Source of the DNA: Clostridia bacterium
Lineage (GTDB): Bacteria; Bacillota; Clostridia; Christensenellales; Aristaeellaceae
Assembly (NCBI GenBank): GCA_017481825.1
Contig: JAFUOR010000020.1
Span: forward strand, 753 to 64,752
DNA: 64,000 nt
Direction: 5' to 3'
Below are positions 9,503-18,027 of the stretch, in pieces. Below the pieces are notes generated by a model that was given only the letters and a program-made list of their open reading frames with translations, was not told where the DNA came from and did not search any database. Both the position numbers and the translations under genes were made by a program. Within the stretch, counting starts at the first letter, position 1; every line of letters begins with the position of its first letter.

Positions 9503-10425
9503 CGGTTTTCCTCCTGTGATCCCGGCAGCTTGCCGGCTCTGTATTGGCTGGGCGTGACGCCCTGGGTTCTCTTGAAGGCTGCGGAGAACATGCTCTCCGA
9601 GGCATAGCCCACCATGCTGCCGATCTCCGCAATGGGCAGGGCTGTGGTTTTGAGCAGGTATTTAGCGTGGCTCATGCGGGTGGCGATGACGTACTGTCCC
9701 GGCGTCACGCCCATGGTCTCGCGGAACACACGGATGAAGTGGTACTCGCTCAGGCCCACCATCTTCGCCAGCTGTGCCACCGTGGGTTCTGCACCGATGC
9801 GCTGGCTGATGCTGGCCACCGCCTGGTCGATAAGCCCGAAGCGATCCTGCGCAGGCTCGGGCACGGCGGGCTCCGTCATGGCGGTGAGGGCCTGCGTCAG
9901 GTGCAGGGCCATCTTCGGCTCGCTCAGCGTTTGCTGGCTGCGGAACATCATCAGGATTTCGCGGATGGCCTCATAGATGCTGTGCTGGCGGTGGGTGGTG
10001 AACACCCGCCCATTCTGGCGCAGCACCAGATTGAAGTATCCCGCTGCTGCCGGTCCGTCAAAATGCACCCACACGGCGTGCCAGCCCACGTCCGAGTGAT
10101 ACCGGTGGGGCTTGTTGCAGTCGATCAGCACCGCCTGACCGGTATGGGCGGTCAGCTGCTCGCCCTCTGTTTCAATATTCACCCATCCATCAAGGATGAC
10201 CTCCAGCAGGTAGCTGTCAAAATCCGCTCGCTGCAGATCATACCCTGCCTCGTAGCGGAATTCTCCCACGCACAGCACGTGCAGCAGATGCTCCCTTGCC
10301 AGCGCGCTGGGCGAGAAGTTATAGTAATCAGACGATGGCAGCACATGCTGCTCCAACGATTTCAACGATATCGACCTCCCCATTTCCGCCTTGGAATTGC
10401 GCATGAAGGCGACAGTTGCTTTCAT
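9499..10425 (-). CDS. AraC family transcriptional regulator
   Basis: N-terminal cupin-like sensor domain plus C-terminal double HTH (VAQLAKMVGLSEYHFIRVFRE, IAEIGSMVGYASESMFSAAFKR). The start is uncertain. An extended -10 (TGcTATAAT, plus coordinates 10432-10440) ends only 6 nt before the ATG at 10425. The real start may therefore be the internal ATG at 10404 or 10383, or the mRNA may be leaderless. Confidence 0.85.
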   Translation of the reverse strand: MKATVAFMRNSKAEMGRSISLKSLEQHVLPSSDYYNFSPSALAREHLLHVLCVGEFRYEAGYDLQRADFDSYLLEVILDGWVNIETEGEQLTAHTGQAVLIDCNKPHRYHSDVGWHAVWVHFDGPAAAGYFNLVLRQNGRVFTTHRQHSIYEAIREILMMFRSQQTLSEPKMALHLTQALTAMTEPAVPEPAQDRFGLIDQAVASISQRIGAEPTVAQLAKMVGLSEYHFIRVFRETMGVTPGQYVIATRMSHAKYLLKTTALPIAEIGSMVGYASESMFSAAFKRTQGVTPSQYRAGKLPGSQEENR

Positions 10426-10504
10426 GCCCCCATTATAGCACAGGCAGAGGGCGGAATCCAGTTTTCCTTTTGCGCATAACTATCTTAAAATTGCGATTTG
10501 CAAA

Positions 10505-10580
10505 AGTAAAAAAGAGGCGCTTCCGCCTCTGCATGATGACACAAAACCCCGGAAGCACCGCGCAGGCGCCTCCGGGGTTC
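10505..10580 (-). terminator. tandem rho-independent terminators after purC
   Basis: Two minus-strand hairpins: AACCCCGGA-loop-TCCGGGGTT followed by TTGTGT, then AGAGGCG-gaag-CGCCTCT followed by TTTTTT. Confidence 0.6.
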
Positions 10581-10588
10581 GTTTTGAA

Positions 10589-11278
10589 TTAAGCGAAGAA
10601 CAGCTTGGACAGCGTCATCGGGTCGATGTACTCGCCATCCTTGTAGACGCGCATGTTGCCAGAGGCGATCTCGTCGATCAGCATGACCTTGCCGTCCTTG
10701 TCGTAGCCGTACTCAAACTTGATATCGTAGAGGACGAGGCCCTTCTCCTTCAGATCGTCCGCGACGATCTGGGTGATCTTCTGGGTCATTTCCTTCACGG
10801 TGTCGTACTGCTCCTCGGTCATGACGCCCAGGGCCGCCAGCGCATCCTTGGTGACCAGGGGATCGCCCAGCGCGTCGTTCTTGAAGGTCATTTCGACATA
10901 AGCGGGCAGATCTGCGCCGTTCTCGATATAATCGCCATAGCGGCGGATGAAGGAGCCCACGGCCTTGTGACGGCAGATGACTTCCAGACCATGGCCGAAG
11001 GGCTTGGCAGCAAGCACCTCCATGGTGGTGTCCTCCAGGTTGGCGTTGACATAGTGGGTCAGGATGCCCGCGGCGTTGATCTTCTCGAAGAAGTAGATGG
11101 ACATGCGCAGGTTCACATCGCCCACGCCCTCGATGGTCAGGCCAACGGAATTCTCGCCGGGATCGAACACGCCGTCCTTGCCGGTGCAGTCATCCTTGAA
11201 CTTGAGCAGGTAGTTGCCATTCTCCAGCGCATACACATTCTTGGTCTTACCGGTATAAACAAGCTTCAGATTCTCCAT
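10589..11278 (-). CDS. purC: phosphoribosylaminoimidazole-succinocarboxamide (SAICAR) synthase
   Basis: 229-aa ORF with a typical PurC N-terminus ([11 protein letters not shown] ... [10 protein letters not shown]) and typical length. Confidence 0.9.
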   Translation of the reverse strand: MENLKLVYTGKTKNVYALENGNYLLKFKDDCTGKDGVFDPGENSVGLTIEGVGDVNLRMSIYFFEKINAAGILTHYVNANLEDTTMEVLAAKPFGHGLEVICRHKAVGSFIRRYGDYIENGADLPAYVEMTFKNDALGDPLVTKDALAALGVMTEEQYDTVKEMTQKITQIVADDLKEKGLVLYDIKFEYGYDKDGKVMLIDEIASGNMRVYKDGEYIDPMTLSKLFFA

Positions 11279-11326
11279 GTCGATCCTCTCCGTTTCTCAG
11301 CATTTGAAAGGGAATGAAACGTTGAT

Positions 11327-11355
11327 AGTATACGCCTGCAAGCCCGTCTTTGCAA
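11327..11355 (-). promoter_or_regulatory. putative sigma-A promoter of purC
   Basis: Minus strand TTGCAA - 17 nt - TATACT, about 50 nt upstream of the purC ATG. Confidence 0.45.
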
Positions 11356-11476
11356 GGGTTTTTGGCGAATTTCCGAATCTTTTTTTCATCTTTTTAAAAA
11401 TGATTCGTTCTTTGGATGTTTTTGCACCAAATCGTGCAAATGCGCACCTGCCGCCGTTTTTTTCATGTGCTTTCTC

Positions 11477-11505
11477 TTGTATTTTCTTCCAACGCATGGT
11501 ACAAT
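11477..11505 (+). promoter_or_regulatory. putative sigma-A promoter of the sigma/anti-sigma module
   Basis: TTGTAT - 17 nt - TACAAT with a TG extended -10 (TGgTACAAT), about 100 nt upstream of 11605. Confidence 0.45.
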
Positions 11506-11604
11506 GAAATTGATGGTATTGTTGCGCCGGTACTCATGTCATATCACCAATGCTGCACGAGCATTACATACGAACATTGCATTTGAGAGGAGTCAAAATT
11601 CACC

Positions 11605-12138
11605 ATGATTGATAATGAGTGGATGAGCAGGCTGCATGCGGAAAATTACGCGCTGGTGCTGCGCCATGTGCGGCGACAGCTTTATGCAAGCGTCGGCCAC
11701 GTGGCAGATGCGGAGGATATCACGCAGGAAGTCTTCGCACGGGCGCTGAAGAAGAAGGATCTGCATAAACACCCCAACCCGACCGGCTGGCTGATCACCA
11801 CGGCAACACGCCTTTGTCAGAATTACAATCGATCCACTCTCTCCCGCCAGCATACCCAGCAGCGGTACGTGCAGAACAAGCTTGACGTCCGGGCCGACCG
11901 GTCGCTATTTTTATTTAACGCAGAAAATGATCAGACCGATGTGAGCGACCTGGAAATGACGCTGGAGCAGAGCCTCTCCAAAGAGGACTGGCTGCTCCTG
12001 AAGGAATACTACATTGAGAAAACGCCCGTGAAGGAAATCGCCCGGCGTATGTACATGAGTGAAAACGCTGTGCGTGTCCGGGTTTTCCGTTGTCGAAAAA
12101 AGTTGAAAAAAAGCGAAAAAAATAACAGCGACGTGTAA
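11605..12138 (+). CDS. sigma-70 family (ECF-like) RNA polymerase sigma factor
   Basis: 177 aa. Region 2-like (AEDITQEVFARAL, NPTGWLITTATRLCQNY) and region 4 HTH (VKEIARRMYMSENAVRVRVFRCRKKL). Confidence 0.8.
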   Translation: MIDNEWMSRLHAENYALVLRHVRRQLYASVGHVADAEDITQEVFARALKKKDLHKHPNPTGWLITTATRLCQNYNRSTLSRQHTQQRYVQNKLDVRADRSLFLFNAENDQTDVSDLEMTLEQSLSKEDWLLLKEYYIEKTPVKEIARRMYMSENAVRVRVFRCRKKLKKSEKNNSDV

Positions 12139-12182
12139 TAAAACCGGCTTTTGCAGACATATAGAGAATGGAGCGTTGAAAA

Positions 12183-13058
12183 ATGTTGAACCACAACGAG
12201 AAACTGGAGATCGTCAAACGCTTACAGAACGACCCGGAAGCGGACATGACGCAGGCGGACATGGAAAAACTGCTCGATCAGGAGCTGGCCAAGCCGGAGG
12301 AAGAGATCGACGCAGCCCTTGTGGACGCTCTGCTGGCGCTGCTGGATGAGCATGAACCCACGGAGGAAGAGATCCGTGCCTCCTGGGCGCAGCTTGAGGC
12401 AGCGTCCGGCAAGAAGGCCCTGCCGCCCATCGTGCAGAAGGTCGGCCGCATTGCCGCGATTGTGGTGCTGGCCGTTGCCGCCGTCTTTGCCACCTACGGC
12501 ACGGCGGAAGCCTTCCACTGGGAACAGGTGCTCCGGCTGCTCAGGCCTGTGGCAGAAACCTTCAGCCTGTACAGCAACAACCAGGCCACCGAGCCGCCCG
12601 TCACCAGGGATGGCACTGCTTACAGCGATGCGCCCACCGGGATCAGCCAGCAGGTGTACGCCACGCTGGCAGACTGCCCGCAGACCTTCGACAGCTACCC
12701 CGTGCAGCCGTCGTGGATGCCCGAGCGCTTTGCCTTCCTGCAGGGGTCGCTGTACGCGGATGACAACACGGCTGTGATGACCGTGGCCTATCTGGCCGAC
12801 GAGGGCGCATGCATCCTGACTACGACCTTCTTCCGGAATGAAAAGACCGTTTCGAACTTCGAGTATGAGCGGACGCTGTCAAACCCGGACGTAAGAATCC
12901 TGGCCGGTCAGGAGGTCGCCTATTACCACAACACGGATCAGGGGATGCTGTCCGCATCCTGGGTGATTGAAAAGGCCCATTACTTCATCACGGGCCCCGT
13001 CACCGAGGATGAGCTGACCCGAATCGTCGAATCCACCATTATGCAAGACACGAACTGA
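12183..13058 (+). CDS. anti-sigma-factor-like membrane protein (DUF4367-like C-terminal domain)
   Basis: 291 aa, immediately after the sigma gene. Acidic N-terminal region, one central TM (IAAIVVLAVAAVFATY) and an extracytoplasmic C-terminal domain. The family call rests on architecture and context. Confidence 0.6.
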   Translation: MLNHNEKLEIVKRLQNDPEADMTQADMEKLLDQELAKPEEEIDAALVDALLALLDEHEPTEEEIRASWAQLEAASGKKALPPIVQKVGRIAAIVVLAVAAVFATYGTAEAFHWEQVLRLLRPVAETFSLYSNNQATEPPVTRDGTAYSDAPTGISQQVYATLADCPQTFDSYPVQPSWMPERFAFLQGSLYADDNTAVMTVAYLADEGACILTTTFFRNEKTVSNFEYERTLSNPDVRILAGQEVAYYHNTDQGMLSASWVIEKAHYFITGPVTEDELTRIVESTIMQDTN

Positions 13059-13072
13059 AAGGAACATTCACC

Positions 13073-13495
13073 ATGAAGAAGCGCCTGTCCCTGACCATGG
13101 CAATGATGATGCTGCTGACCGGTATTTTCGCGGGTGCGCTGGCGGAGGGCGTCATGCCCCGCAACAGCAACTATTTCTCCAGCTACGGCGCCAGCCTCAC
13201 CGACGAGGGCGGCGGTACGGTCATGATCATGTTCACCACCACCGGCACGGGCCTGTGCAGCCAGCTGGGCGTGGCGAGCTATTCGGTGCAGCGTCTGGAC
13301 GATGATGGCAACTGGGAAGACGTCTCCGGCCTGCTGACCGGCGAAACAGGCAGCAACATGATCACCTACTCCTTCAGCCGCTACTTCTATGGCGTGCCGG
13401 GGGAGACGTATCGGGTGAATGTGACGTTCCTTTCCACGCTGAACGGCAGCACCGAAACCAAGACATACACCAGCGGCCAGATCACCGTCCAATAA
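13073..13495 (+). CDS. small secreted protein (signal peptide, beta-rich)
   Basis: 140 aa with signal peptide MKKRLSLTMAMMMLLTGIFAGALA. Starts 14 nt after the anti-sigma-like gene, with a GAAAGGA RBS. Confidence 0.6.
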   Translation: MKKRLSLTMAMMMLLTGIFAGALAEGVMPRNSNYFSSYGASLTDEGGGTVMIMFTTTGTGLCSQLGVASYSVQRLDDDGNWEDVSGLLTGETGSNMITYSFSRYFYGVPGETYRVNVTFLSTLNGSTETKTYTSGQITVQ

Positions 13496-13546
13496 GTCCG
13501 TGTTTCCCTGCGCAGTCCGCTGCGCCGACCCCGCCAGAGCAACGAT

Positions 13547-14056
13547 ATGACAGCAAGCAATTCTCCTTTCAGCCCGCAGGAAACGGGTGCGCGCCTTGCG
13601 CTCCTCCGCCGCGCCAAAGGCCTGTCTCCTCTCACCTTTGCGCAGCGGATCAACCAGCCCCTCTGGCTGGCGGAGGTCATGGAGCACGCGCCCGCTGACC
13701 TGTACAGCTGCCTCACGCCCGGCCAGATCAGCGGCTTCCTGCACGCTGTGGCCGACGCCTTCGGCGTATCGACGGCATGGCTGACCACCGGCCAGCCCGA
13801 CCAGGTCCTCCCCTGCCCGCCCTCCGGCGCGGATGATGAAACGACGTTCTTCCTCCCCGTTACCATCAGCCCGCAATCCATGATGGACGCGCTGGATCAT
13901 CTGCTGCTCCTGGTCACCCCGGATGCAAGCCGCGCTGATGAACGGGCCGAGAGCATCCTCTGGTGTGTGAAGACGCTGTTCAGCCTGTCCGGTCTGTCCG
14001 CAGGCCTTGAGGAGATCGAGGCATTGCTCATGGCGAGGATGGCGGAGAACAAGTGA
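13547..14056 (+). CDS. hypothetical protein with an N-terminal HTH-like segment
   Basis: 169-aa ORF with ordinary composition. The N-terminus (GARLALLRRAKGLSPLTFAQRINQP) resembles an XRE-type HTH. The RBS is weak, but a clean terminator follows. Confidence 0.5.
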   Translation: MTASNSPFSPQETGARLALLRRAKGLSPLTFAQRINQPLWLAEVMEHAPADLYSCLTPGQISGFLHAVADAFGVSTAWLTTGQPDQVLPCPPSGADDETTFFLPVTISPQSMMDALDHLLLLVTPDASRADERAESILWCVKTLFSLSGLSAGLEEIEALLMARMAENK

Positions 14057-14065
14057 ATACGAAAG

Positions 14066-14100
14066 AGCCGCTGTGATTTTTCTTCACAGCGGCTTTTGTT
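14066..14100 (+). terminator. rho-independent terminator
   Basis: AGCCGCTGTGA-loop-TCACAGCGGCT (11-bp stem) followed by TTTGTT. Confidence 0.6.
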
Positions 14101-14225
14101 ATACCGGTGAGGCGCGAACCCTCTCAGTTGCAATCATAGATTACCCCATGCCAGTGGCATGTTTTTTACGCCTCGCGCCCCAGGGAGAGCCTTTTGCCAT
14201 GTGCCTTTGGGAGATTGAATCATTC

Positions 14226-14414
14226 TGCTTTGGGGCGCGTCTGCATACGCGGGGCCTCATCCGTCAGTCCCCACTTACTCCCGGGCCGCCTCCCGCTGCC
14301 GCAAGGGCACGTGCAGGCTGCGGGCGCAAGCGAGGGACGATGTTGGATGAATGACTCCTGAGCAGGGTACAGGGACAGCGTCCCTCCCGGGCAGAGGGCA
14401 GCGCCCTCCCCGGG
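14226..14414 (+). repeat. GC-rich REP-like dispersed repeat, copy A
   Basis: Collinear blocks shared with copy B in inverted orientation. The core GCGGGCGcAAGCGAGGGACGATGTtGGATGAA (14320-14351) matches the reverse complement of 16056-16087 at 30 of 32 positions. Contains nested GC hairpins with agc loops (GGGACagcGTCCC, GAGGGCagcGCCCTC). Boundaries are approximate. Confidence 0.6.
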
Positions 14415-15080
14415 TCAGAGAGCAGAGCCCCTTGCCTCGCACAGCTCCGCAATCCTCCGTGGAATCCACGCCTTCAAGTCCTCCCAGGAACACAGCGCAG
14501 CATCTTCCAGCCTTTGTCCGGCTGTGAAGACGAGCGAAGGAGTGAAGGTGAGGTTTTCGCGAATGTAGCGGGCACAGCGTTGGTCGTCCTCCGGGGTCGG
14601 CTGATAAAGGCTGGCAAAGGGACCGCCCACCAGCACCGCGCCGCCCGCGAGCTCGCCGCAGCACTCCCGCCATCCGGGGATGAGGCGGAACAGCTGCCCA
14701 TGGGGTAAAAAGGCATGCTTCCCCGGCTGACAGAAGGCATGCACATGGCCTTCTTCCACCGGGAGCGCAAAGGGCATGCCCTCCTCCCACAGCGTCAGGT
14801 ACTTCCCGTGGAAGCTGCCCTCCGCCCGGGTGACGCGCTCCTGCGTCACGTAGACCCAGATGTGCTCCAGATCGTACATGTGCTGAATGTCATAGTCCCA
14901 GAACAGGGCATATTCGATCACAAACCCGCCCTTTTCCGGCACGACCTCACGTTTGGGGAAGGAATCGCTGCGCCGTCCCTCACGGAAGATGGTATAGCCC
15001 ACCTTCCGCAGAGGGATGGTTTCGTCGATATCGTAGTGAATCAGCGGCGCATACCGCAGCGCCAGTTCAAGGTCAGTCAT
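14415..15080 (-). CDS. hypothetical protein, last gene of the iol operon
   Basis: 221-aa ORF with normal composition. Its ATG at 15080 lies 1 nt after the iolE stop codon (15084-15086). I recognise no family. A YALFWDYDIQHMYDLEHIWVYV segment is noted. Confidence 0.7.
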   Translation of the reverse strand: MTDLELALRYAPLIHYDIDETIPLRKVGYTIFREGRRSDSFPKREVVPEKGGFVIEYALFWDYDIQHMYDLEHIWVYVTQERVTRAEGSFHGKYLTLWEEGMPFALPVEEGHVHAFCQPGKHAFLPHGQLFRLIPGWRECCGELAGGAVLVGGPFASLYQPTPEDDQRCARYIRENLTFTPSLVFTAGQRLEDAALCSWEDLKAWIPRRIAELCEARGSAL

Positions 15081-15083
15081 GGC

Positions 15084-15980
15084 TCACAGCCCCGTTTTCT
15101 CAGCGATGTACTTGCGTGCCTTCACGGCATACTCAAAGGGATTGGCCCTGGCGGGGTCCTGCTCCGCCTCGACAACCACCCAGCCTTCGTAGCCGCTCTT
15201 TTCAAGGATATCGAAGATGGGCGCGAAATCAACATCGCCATCGCCCGGCACGGTGAACACGCCCTCGCGCACCGCCTGCAGGAAGCTCCAGCCTTCCGCG
15301 CGGGCCTGATCGCGGATGGACAGGCGCACATCCTTGAGGTGCACATGCCTGATGCGGCTGATGTACTTCTCCAGCACCGGCACGGGATCGATGCCCGCAA
15401 AGGTCAGGTGGCCGGAGTCAAAAAGGAGGAACACCTTCTCCGGGTCGATCAGGGACATGAAGGTATCGATCTCCTCTGCCGTCTGCACGCCGGTACCCAT
15501 GTGGTGATGGCAGGTCAGCGTCATGCCCTTCTCCTGCGCCAGCGCGCCCAGCTCGTTGTAGCCGCGGGCGATGGTCTCCCACTGCTCCCGGGTGTACACG
15601 GGCTTATCCGCGCCAAAGATATTCAGCGGCTTGCCCTGGATGGAATTGCCCTGCTCCGACGCGCCGATGACCTTCGCCCCCAGCGCGTGCAGGCGGTCAC
15701 GGTGCACAATGAAGTTGCGGATCGTCACCTCATAGGGCTCGGAGGTGAACAGCGTGGAAAACCACGCATTGCAAATCTGAAGCCCGCGCACGTCCAGCTT
15801 GTGCTTGAGCACCGCCACGTCCTGCGGATACTTGTTGCCAATCTCGCTGCCCTTGAAGCCCGCCAGCGCCATTTCGCTCACGCACTGCTCAAAGGTATTC
15901 TCCGCGCCCAGATCAGGCAGATCATCGTTCGTCCAGCCGATGGGGGCGATGGCAAGCCTTACTTTTTTGGGATCAAGCAT
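15084..15980 (-). CDS. iolE: myo-inosose-2 dehydratase
   Basis: Typical IolE N-terminus ([20 protein letters not shown]) and a xylose-isomerase-like TIM barrel. The track ORF extends to 16121 through the REP element. The ATG at 15980 has AAGGAGGA upstream, so I trimmed the start. Confidence 0.9.
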   Translation of the reverse strand: MLDPKKVRLAIAPIGWTNDDLPDLGAENTFEQCVSEMALAGFKGSEIGNKYPQDVAVLKHKLDVRGLQICNAWFSTLFTSEPYEVTIRNFIVHRDRLHALGAKVIGASEQGNSIQGKPLNIFGADKPVYTREQWETIARGYNELGALAQEKGMTLTCHHHMGTGVQTAEEIDTFMSLIDPEKVFLLFDSGHLTFAGIDPVPVLEKYISRIRHVHLKDVRLSIRDQARAEGWSFLQAVREGVFTVPGDGDVDFAPIFDILEKSGYEGWVVVEAEQDPARANPFEYAVKARKYIAEKTGL

Positions 15981-15990
15981 GTTTTGTCCT

Positions 15991-16169
15991 CCTTTTTGAT
16001 GAGGGGTCTCTGGCTCCGGCAAGGGCGCTGCCCTTGCTTCCCGCTTAGGGACGCGTTCATCCCACATCGTCCCTCGCTTTCGCCCGCGGCGAACTCCCCA
16101 CTGGGGAGCCGCTCCGAACAATGCCCCCGCGAACCCCTTTTCGCAATCTTTCCTGTGTTCCTTCGGTGC
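15991..16169 (-). repeat. GC-rich REP-like dispersed repeat, copy B (inside the iol operon)
   Basis: Fills the 189-nt iolD-iolE gap. Inverted relative to copy A. Its tail GAACCCCTTTTCGC..TCCTTCGGT is shared with copy C. Confidence 0.6.
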
Positions 16170-18023
16170 TTAAAATTCCCTGGTTTGCTTGACGTGGGCT
16201 ATCAGGTCTTCGTATGCCGCCTGCACACGGGGCTGGGTGGAGACTTCCGCCACGCCGACGCGCCACCAGCTTTCGTAGCCGGGCGTCATGGAGCCGGGCA
16301 GCACCTTGATGTCGTAGAGCACCGGCAGCGGCTGCTCGCGGCCCTCCTTCAGAGCGGCGCGGAGCTCCTCCACCGTACGGATGGTATAGGTCTCCAGGCC
16401 ATAGGCAGCGGCATTTTTGGCAAAGTCGACAGGCATGATATCGCCGTCCAATTCTCCGGTTTTCGGGTTGCGGAAGCGGAACACCGTGCCGAAGGTATCG
16501 TTTCCCTGATTGTTCTGCAGGTTTTCGATGCAGCCCCAGCCGCTGTTGTCAAACAGGCAGAAGTGCACGCGGACGCCCTCCTGCACGCAGGTCAGCAGCT
16601 CCGAATGGGCCATCATGTAGGTGCCATCGCCAAAGAAGGCATAGACCTCCTGCTCCGGCGCAGCCAGCTTCACACCCAGTGCGCCGTTGGTTTCGTAGCC
16701 CATGTTGGAGAAGCCATACTCCATATGATAGGTATCGCGCTTCCCGCTGCGCCACAGGCGCTGCATATCGCCCGGCAGACTGCCTGCCGAACCCACGGCG
16801 ATATCCGTATCCGCCATGAACCGGTTGATCTCGCCCAGCGCCCGGGTCTGACTCAGGCCTCGGGGATCATCTGCGGCATAGTGCGCATCCACGATGGCGT
16901 TCCACTCGTCCACAGCGGCCCTGACCTCCCCGCCCCAACCGGACTTGTAGCCCTCCAGCGCATCCGTCATGGCCTCCAAACCGGCCTTGGCGTCACATAC
17001 AATGGCCTCCGCGTCCATCTTGATCGCATCAAAGGGGCAGATGTTCAGCCCGATGAACTTCGCATCCTGCCGGAACAGCCATTTGGACGAGGTGGTAAAG
17101 TCCGTCAGGCGGGTGCCGACGGCCAGCACCACATCCGCCTGGGGCGCAAGGACATTCGCCGCCTTGCCGCCCGTCACGCCGATGCCACCGATGTTCAGCG
17201 GATGTGTCCACGGCAGCGTCCCCTTGCCCGCCTGGGTTTCGGCAAAGGGGATATTCGCCGCCTCGCACAAAGCCGCCAGGGCGTCTCCGGCCTCGGAATA
17301 GCGCACACCGCCGCCCAGAATGACCAGCGGCTTTTCAGCCTTTTGGAGGATCTCCATCGCGCGTGTCAGCTGGCTTTGCGCCATCGGACGGCGATCCAGA
17401 TGCCACACGCGCTTGCGAAAGAAGTCTGCCGGATAATCATACGCCTCGCCCTCCACATCCTGGGGCATGGCAAGGCAGACAGCACCGGTATCCGCCGAAT
17501 CGGTCAGGACGCGCATGGCATGGAGGGCAGCGGTCATCAGCTGCTCCGGACGCTCGATGCGGTCAAAGTAATGGCAAACGCCGCGGAAGGCGTCCGTCAC
17601 CGTGCGGCCGAAGCTGTCGAAGAACTCCGCCTGCTGCAGCACCGGGTCGGGCTGGCGGCATGCAAAGGTATCGCCGGGCAGGAGCAGCAGCGGGATGCGG
17701 TTCGCCGTAGCACAGCCGGCAGCGGTAACCATGTTCATCGCCCCGGGACCGATGGAGGACACGCAGGGAATGATCTCCCGACGGTTCTTCTGCTTGGCAA
17801 AGGCCGTAGCTGCCAGCGCCATGTTCTGCTCGTTCTTCCCCTGCAGGAAGCGGATGCCGTGTCCGCCCTGGCTGAGAGCCTGACCCACGCCAACCACGCA
17901 TCCATGCCCGAACACACCAAAGATACTGTTCACAAACTTGCTTTCGATGCCGTCCAGGCACACGTACTGCACATCCAGAAAGCGCACCAGCGCCTGCGCC
18001 ATCGTGAGGCGAATCCGTTTCAT
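16170..18023 (-). CDS. iolD: 3D-(3,5/4)-trihydroxycyclohexane-1,2-dione acylhydrolase (TPP enzyme)
   Basis: TPP-dependent enzyme with an IolD-like N-terminus (MKRIRLTMAQALVRFL). The ATG at 18023 has a GGAGGAAAG RBS. The track start at 18134 overlaps iolB and is rejected. Confidence 0.9.
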   Translation of the reverse strand: MKRIRLTMAQALVRFLDVQYVCLDGIESKFVNSIFGVFGHGCVVGVGQALSQGGHGIRFLQGKNEQNMALAATAFAKQKNRREIIPCVSSIGPGAMNMVTAAGCATANRIPLLLLPGDTFACRQPDPVLQQAEFFDSFGRTVTDAFRGVCHYFDRIERPEQLMTAALHAMRVLTDSADTGAVCLAMPQDVEGEAYDYPADFFRKRVWHLDRRPMAQSQLTRAMEILQKAEKPLVILGGGVRYSEAGDALAALCEAANIPFAETQAGKGTLPWTHPLNIGGIGVTGGKAANVLAPQADVVLAVGTRLTDFTTSSKWLFRQDAKFIGLNICPFDAIKMDAEAIVCDAKAGLEAMTDALEGYKSGWGGEVRAAVDEWNAIVDAHYAADDPRGLSQTRALGEINRFMADTDIAVGSAGSLPGDMQRLWRSGKRDTYHMEYGFSNMGYETNGALGVKLAAPEQEVYAFFGDGTYMMAHSELLTCVQEGVRVHFCLFDNSGWGCIENLQNNQGNDTFGTVFRFRNPKTGELDGDIMPVDFAKNAAAYGLETYTIRTVEELRAALKEGREQPLPVLYDIKVLPGSMTPGYESWWRVGVAEVSTQPRVQAAYEDLIAHVKQTREF

Positions 18024-18027
18024 AGGA

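Noticed and set aside
11279-11604. Purine or ZTP riboswitch, or a PurR box, upstream of purC.
   Set aside because: The predicted leader is only about 50 nt and lacks the conserved purine or ZTP riboswitch cores. An ATTTCCGAATCTT string (11369-11381) resembles a PurBox at 11 of 13 positions, but it is a single unpaired site. That is too weak to call.
13059-13072. Independent promoter for the small secreted protein gene of module 1.
   Set aside because: The gap to the upstream anti-sigma-like gene is only 14 nt, so co-transcription is the simpler reading.
14320-14351. Mini-ORF or RBS-like reading of the REP core (GAGGGACGATGTTGGATGAATGA encodes MLDE-stop).
   Set aside because: The same core in copy B reads differently. 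The SD-ATG resemblance is most simply a by-product of the repeat sequence.
15981-16121. N-terminal extensions in the ORF track: iolE to 16121, iolD to 18134, GH38 to 27800, the second Opp ATPase from 35572, CotH from 39169, the small permease to 46796, GH2 to 6269 and the VanZ-like gene to 1139.
   Set aside because: In each case an internal ATG with a strong AGGAGG-type RBS coincides with the point where family-typical sequence begins. The extensions overlap neighbouring genes or the REP element.
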